DNA from: Actinomycetes bacterium
GTDB taxonomy: Bacteria; Actinomycetota; Aquicultoria; CAJVYJ01; JAUVQD01
Length of the DNA: 47,065 nt
Assembly: GCA_030610765.1 (NCBI GenBank)
Contig: JAUWRD010000002.1
Span: 1 to 47,065, forward strand
Reading direction: 5' to 3'
Of the stretch, positions 44,016-47,065 are shown piece after piece. The notes beneath the pieces are model-generated. The model saw only the letters and a list, made by a program, of their open reading frames with translations. It had not been told where the DNA came from and made no database searches. The stretch's first letter is position 1, and every line of letters begins with the position of its first letter. A program made the translations under genes and the position numbers.

Positions 44016-46493
44016 ATGAGTAAATCAGAAGCATCGACAATCGAAAAGACGACGGTACCTATCTCCGGCCTTCATTGCGCGTCGTGCGTTGGCCGAGTTG
44101 AAGATGTGCTGCGAAAAACAGTGGGCATCAAAGAGGCCAATGTTAATTTGGCGCTCGAAAACGCTCATATTGTTTATGAGACCAAAGAGGTAGATTTAGA
44201 CGGCATCAAGCAAGTTGTCAAAGACGCTGGTTATGATCTGATCATCCCGGAAGAAACGGCAAACAATGAAGTAAACCTGAAAGTCTTGGGGATGCACTCC
44301 CCTCACTGTGCTGGTGTGGTCAGCAAAGTACTCTCCGGCCTGGAAGGTGTTGAGGATTTCAAAGTCGACTTTTCAAACGAGAAAGCGCATGTGCGATTTA
44401 ATCCCGAGATACTCGACGAAGAGAAAATTAGAACCGCTATAAAGGAAGCCGGATATAGACCATTTACAATTAGCGGGTCGGAGATGGCAATAGATCAAGA
44501 GAAAGAGGTGCGGCAAGAAGAATTCCGCGACCTTAAAACCAAACTCATAGTCGCGGCGATACTCTCGCTGATCATCTTTCTCGGCAGTATGACTGAGTGG
44601 TTTCCGTGGACGCCGGCGTTCCTTAAGAACCATTACACATTGGCTTTACTGGCAACACCTGTCCAGTTCTGGGCTGGCTGGCGTTTTTACGTAGGTGCCT
44701 GGGGCGCTGCCAAGCAGCGGACAACCACTATGGATACGCTTATCGCGCTCGGCACATCTTCCGCCTATCTCTTTAGCCTTGTTTTTACCTTAGCTCCCGG
44801 GATATTTCCGCCTGGAGCCGGATCGGTCTATTTCGACACATCCGCGATGATAATCACGCTTATATTGCTTGGAAGATTCTTTGAGGCCAGCGCCAAGGGG
44901 CAAGCGTCTGAGGCTATCAGAAAATTGCTGGGACTGCGGGCAAAAACAGCGCGGGTGATCCGAGACGGAAAAGAGCTTGATCTGCCCATTGAAGAAGTGG
45001 TAGTCGGCGATTTGATCACGGTCAGACCAGGGGAGAAAATCCCGGTTGACGGCGTAATTGACACGGGTTCATCGGCCGTTGATGAATCAATGCTTACCGG
45101 TGAAAGCATGCCGGTTAAGAAGGAGCCCGGCGATGAGGTTATAGGAGCCACAATCAACAAAACGGGTGCCTTCACCTTTAAGACTCAAAAAGTTGGCGGC
45201 GATACTGTCTTGGCAAATATTGTACGCATGGTTGAAGAAGCGCAAGGGTCTAAAGCGCCTATCCAGCGGCTGGCCGATATAATCGCCTCATATTTTGTCC
45301 CGGCGGTTCTAGTAATTGCCTCGATCACATTTGTGGTTTGGCTAATCTTCGGGCCTGAGCCGGCTTTTACTTTTGCTCTCTTAAACTTTGTCGGCGTTCT
45401 GATAATCGCCTGCCCGTGCGCCTTGGGGCTCGCGACCCCGACAGCTATTATGGTCGGCACTGGTCGCGGCGCGGAAAACGGTATCTTAATTAAAGGTGGC
45501 GAAGCCCTTGAGACCGCCCATAAAATAAGCGCCGTCGTTTTTGATAAAACCGGAACTTTAACAAAGGGTGAGCCTTCGGTCACCGATATTTTGACGCACG
45601 GTGATTTCAGCGCGGACACAGTTCTCGCGCTAACAGCGGCGGCTGAAAAAAACTCAGAACACCCGATAGGTGAAGCGATAGTTGGTTCTGCTGAAGCAAA
45701 GAATTTGAAACTCGACCCCGTGACGGCATTTGACTCGATCACTGGAAAAGGGATTGAAGCTGAAATCAACGGCCAAAAAATAGCAATTGGAAACGCGGCC
45801 TTGATGACCGAAAAAGGCGCTGATTACAAAGATCTGGCTCAAAGCGCCAAGGTTCTATCTTTGCAGGGCAAAACAGCTGTCTATATCGCGATTGACGGAA
45901 AGCTAGCTGGTCTGATCGCGGTTGCTGATACCGTGAAAGACCACTCAAAAGCCGCTGTCGATCAACTTCATCAACTAGGCATTAAGGTTGTGATGATCAC
46001 CGGGGATAATCGGCGCACTGCTGAGGCCATAGCCACAAATGTTGGCATTGATAAGGTTTTAGCTGAGGTTTTACCTCAAGATAAAGCGGCGCAGATAAAA
46101 AAGTTGCAGGCGAAAGGTGAGATTGTAGCTATGGTCGGGGACGGAATCAATGATGCCCCGGCCCTGGCCCAAGCCGATATCGGCATAGCCATCGGCACCG
46201 GTACTGATATCGCGATTGAAGCATCTGATATCACATTAATGAGAGATGATTTACGGGCCGCCGTCGGCGCGATCAGCCTCAGCAAACAAACAATTAAGAC
46301 TATCAAGCAAAACTTGTTTTGGGCGTTTTTCTACAATACCTCGTTAATTCCGATCGCTGCCGGAGTACTCTATCCGTTTTATGGTATTTTGTTGAGCCCT
46401 ATTTTTGCCGGAGGCGCGATGGCCATAAGCTCTTTGACTGTAGTGCTAAACTCTTTGCGCCTGCGCCGCGCGAAGATCAGCTCTCTTCACTGA
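44016..46493 (+). CDS. copA: Copper-translocating P1B-type ATPase CopA (two N-terminal HMA domains)
   Basis: HMA1 has GLHCASC and HMA2 has the degenerate MHSPHC. Other motifs are TGESMPV, CPC ([11 protein letters not shown]), DKTGTLT and GDGINDAP. Confidence 0.96.
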   Translation: MSKSEASTIEKTTVPISGLHCASCVGRVEDVLRKTVGIKEANVNLALENAHIVYETKEVDLDGIKQVVKDAGYDLIIPEETANNEVNLKVLGMHSPHCAGVVSKVLSGLEGVEDFKVDFSNEKAHVRFNPEILDEEKIRTAIKEAGYRPFTISGSEMAIDQEKEVRQEEFRDLKTKLIVAAILSLIIFLGSMTEWFPWTPAFLKNHYTLALLATPVQFWAGWRFYVGAWGAAKQRTTTMDTLIALGTSSAYLFSLVFTLAPGIFPPGAGSVYFDTSAMIITLILLGRFFEASAKGQASEAIRKLLGLRAKTARVIRDGKELDLPIEEVVVGDLITVRPGEKIPVDGVIDTGSSAVDESMLTGESMPVKKEPGDEVIGATINKTGAFTFKTQKVGGDTVLANIVRMVEEAQGSKAPIQRLADIIASYFVPAVLVIASITFVVWLIFGPEPAFTFALLNFVGVLIIACPCALGLATPTAIMVGTGRGAENGILIKGGEALETAHKISAVVFDKTGTLTKGEPSVTDILTHGDFSADTVLALTAAAEKNSEHPIGEAIVGSAEAKNLKLDPVTAFDSITGKGIEAEINGQKIAIGNAALMTEKGADYKDLAQSAKVLSLQGKTAVYIAIDGKLAGLIAVADTVKDHSKAAVDQLHQLGIKVVMITGDNRRTAEAIATNVGIDKVLAEVLPQDKAAQIKKLQAKGEIVAMVGDGINDAPALAQADIGIAIGTGTDIAIEASDITLMRDDLRAAVGAISLSKQTIKTIKQNLFWAFFYNTSLIPIAAGVLYPFYGILLSPIFAGGAMAISSLTVVLNSLRLRRAKISSLH

Positions 46494-46927
46494 GATGTCT
46501 GGCAGTATGGACAGATCGTCCAGTTGAGCCTAAGCGCGTGCTCACATTCCGAACACGCTTTTTTGAGTTTTTTGAGACAATACGGACAGATCAGAAACTC
46601 AGACTCTACAGGTTTCATGCAAGCCGGACAAACAACACCGCTACGAGCTAAACTGGATTCTTTAGCCTTAATCTCCAGATCCCTCTCTTTGGTCTCTTCG
46701 AGCAATTCAGGAGGCCTGACAACTAAGTAGATCAAGAGGCCCAGCAAAGGGAAGACAAGAGTGACTATCGACCAATAAACCGCCATCGTTCCCCTGTTTT
46801 TCGCGTCCCGATAGGTCCAGAAGACAATGCTGACCCATAGAACCACAAAAAAGACCCTGATAAGCACCAGGAGAAACCGAAAAAACGGTGAACTGAAAAA
46901 ATTGACAATATTGTTGATTGCGTCCAT
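46487..46927 (-). CDS. Membrane protein with a PLD-N-like two-helix N-terminus and a C-terminal double zinc ribbon
   Basis: It has two TM helices with YRDAKNRG between them, then CPAC...CPYC...CSEC...CPYC. It converges on copA with a 7-nt overlap. Confidence 0.7.
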   Translation of the reverse strand: MDAINNIVNFFSSPFFRFLLVLIRVFFVVLWVSIVFWTYRDAKNRGTMAVYWSIVTLVFPLLGLLIYLVVRPPELLEETKERDLEIKAKESSLARSGVVCPACMKPVESEFLICPYCLKKLKKACSECEHALRLNWTICPYCQTSQ

Positions 46928-46935
46928 AGCTCAAC

Positions 46936-46965
46936 ATGATACCAGAGCATGTCGATTTATGGCAA
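46936..46965 (-). promoter_or_regulatory. Predicted promoter of the zinc-ribbon gene, implying a leaderless or near-leaderless mRNA
   Basis: On the minus strand there is a -35 TTGCCA (46960..46965), an 18-nt spacer and a -10 TATCAT (46936..46941). Only 8 nt separate the -10 from the ATG at 46927, and there is no SD. Confidence 0.45.
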
Positions 46966-46995
46966 AAACAAAAAACCCAAAAGAGGGACGTTACT

Positions 46996-47012
46996 AAAAA
47001 AAAAAAAAAAAA
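46996..47012. repeat. A17/T17 homopolymer tract
   Basis: I counted 17 consecutive A directly in the sequence, about 30 nt upstream of the predicted -35. Confidence 0.95.
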
Positions 47013-47065
47013 TAAAGCTAGAAAATGTTTTTTGAGAAATTTTTTTAGTTTTTGAAGAAACTGCC

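Noticed and set aside
45185-45769. A 194-aa minus-strand ORF, plus 44828..45175 and 46076..46306, lying antisense inside copA.
   Set aside because: These are shadow ORFs opposite a confidently identified P-type ATPase. Their composition is Ser/Ala/Pro/Thr-rich and low in complexity, and they have no recognisable motifs or SD.

Overview
This is a chromosomal, almost entirely housekeeping segment of a bacterium. Gene content looks monoderm-like, but the taxon cannot be assigned from this window. About 40 genes run head to tail on the minus strand with very small gaps or overlaps.

In minus-strand transcription order (high to low coordinates):
- glyQ-glyS behind a glycine T-box leader, then ppdK.
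- A lipoprotein gene followed by gatC, gatA and an OYE/FadH-like flavoprotein.
- yjbQ, an AstE/AspA-like zinc hydrolase, murI, queT, an MBL hydrolase, and rph-rdgB.
- A 2TM/RCK ion channel.
- A yhaM/yhaO/yhaN-like nuclease-ATPase trio.
- A complete dcw cluster: mraZ-rsmH-ftsL-ftsI-murE-murF-mraY-murD-ftsW-murG-murC-murB-ftsQ-ftsZ, with no ftsA.
- nikR plus an ECF-type Ni/Co importer (M, Q and O components).
- A cobalamin-riboswitch-controlled binding-protein/permease operon that runs off the window start.

Plus-strand genes are nfu, a ytxH/BON-DUF2267-glutaredoxin-like trio, and copA.

I recognised no rRNA, tRNA, CRISPR array, transposase or phage genes, and I do not see a convincing novel multi-gene system.

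The observations most worth follow-up:
1. ftsI is one continuous reading frame broken by a single in-frame TAA.
2. The small glutaredoxin-like gene ends in GGG-TGA-AGT-GTT-TAA and is followed by a hairpin with a GGUC loop, so it is a candidate Sec-x-x-stop selenoprotein.
3. A repeat- and hairpin-rich 250-nt intergenic element lies between the ftsZ terminator and the nikR promoter.
4. The Ni/Co ECF module lacks an N/K/L component, and its ATPase has a His-rich tail.
5. The Rad50/SbcC-like ATPase has an internal transmembrane hairpin.
6. The channel has GEV in place of the GYG selectivity filter.
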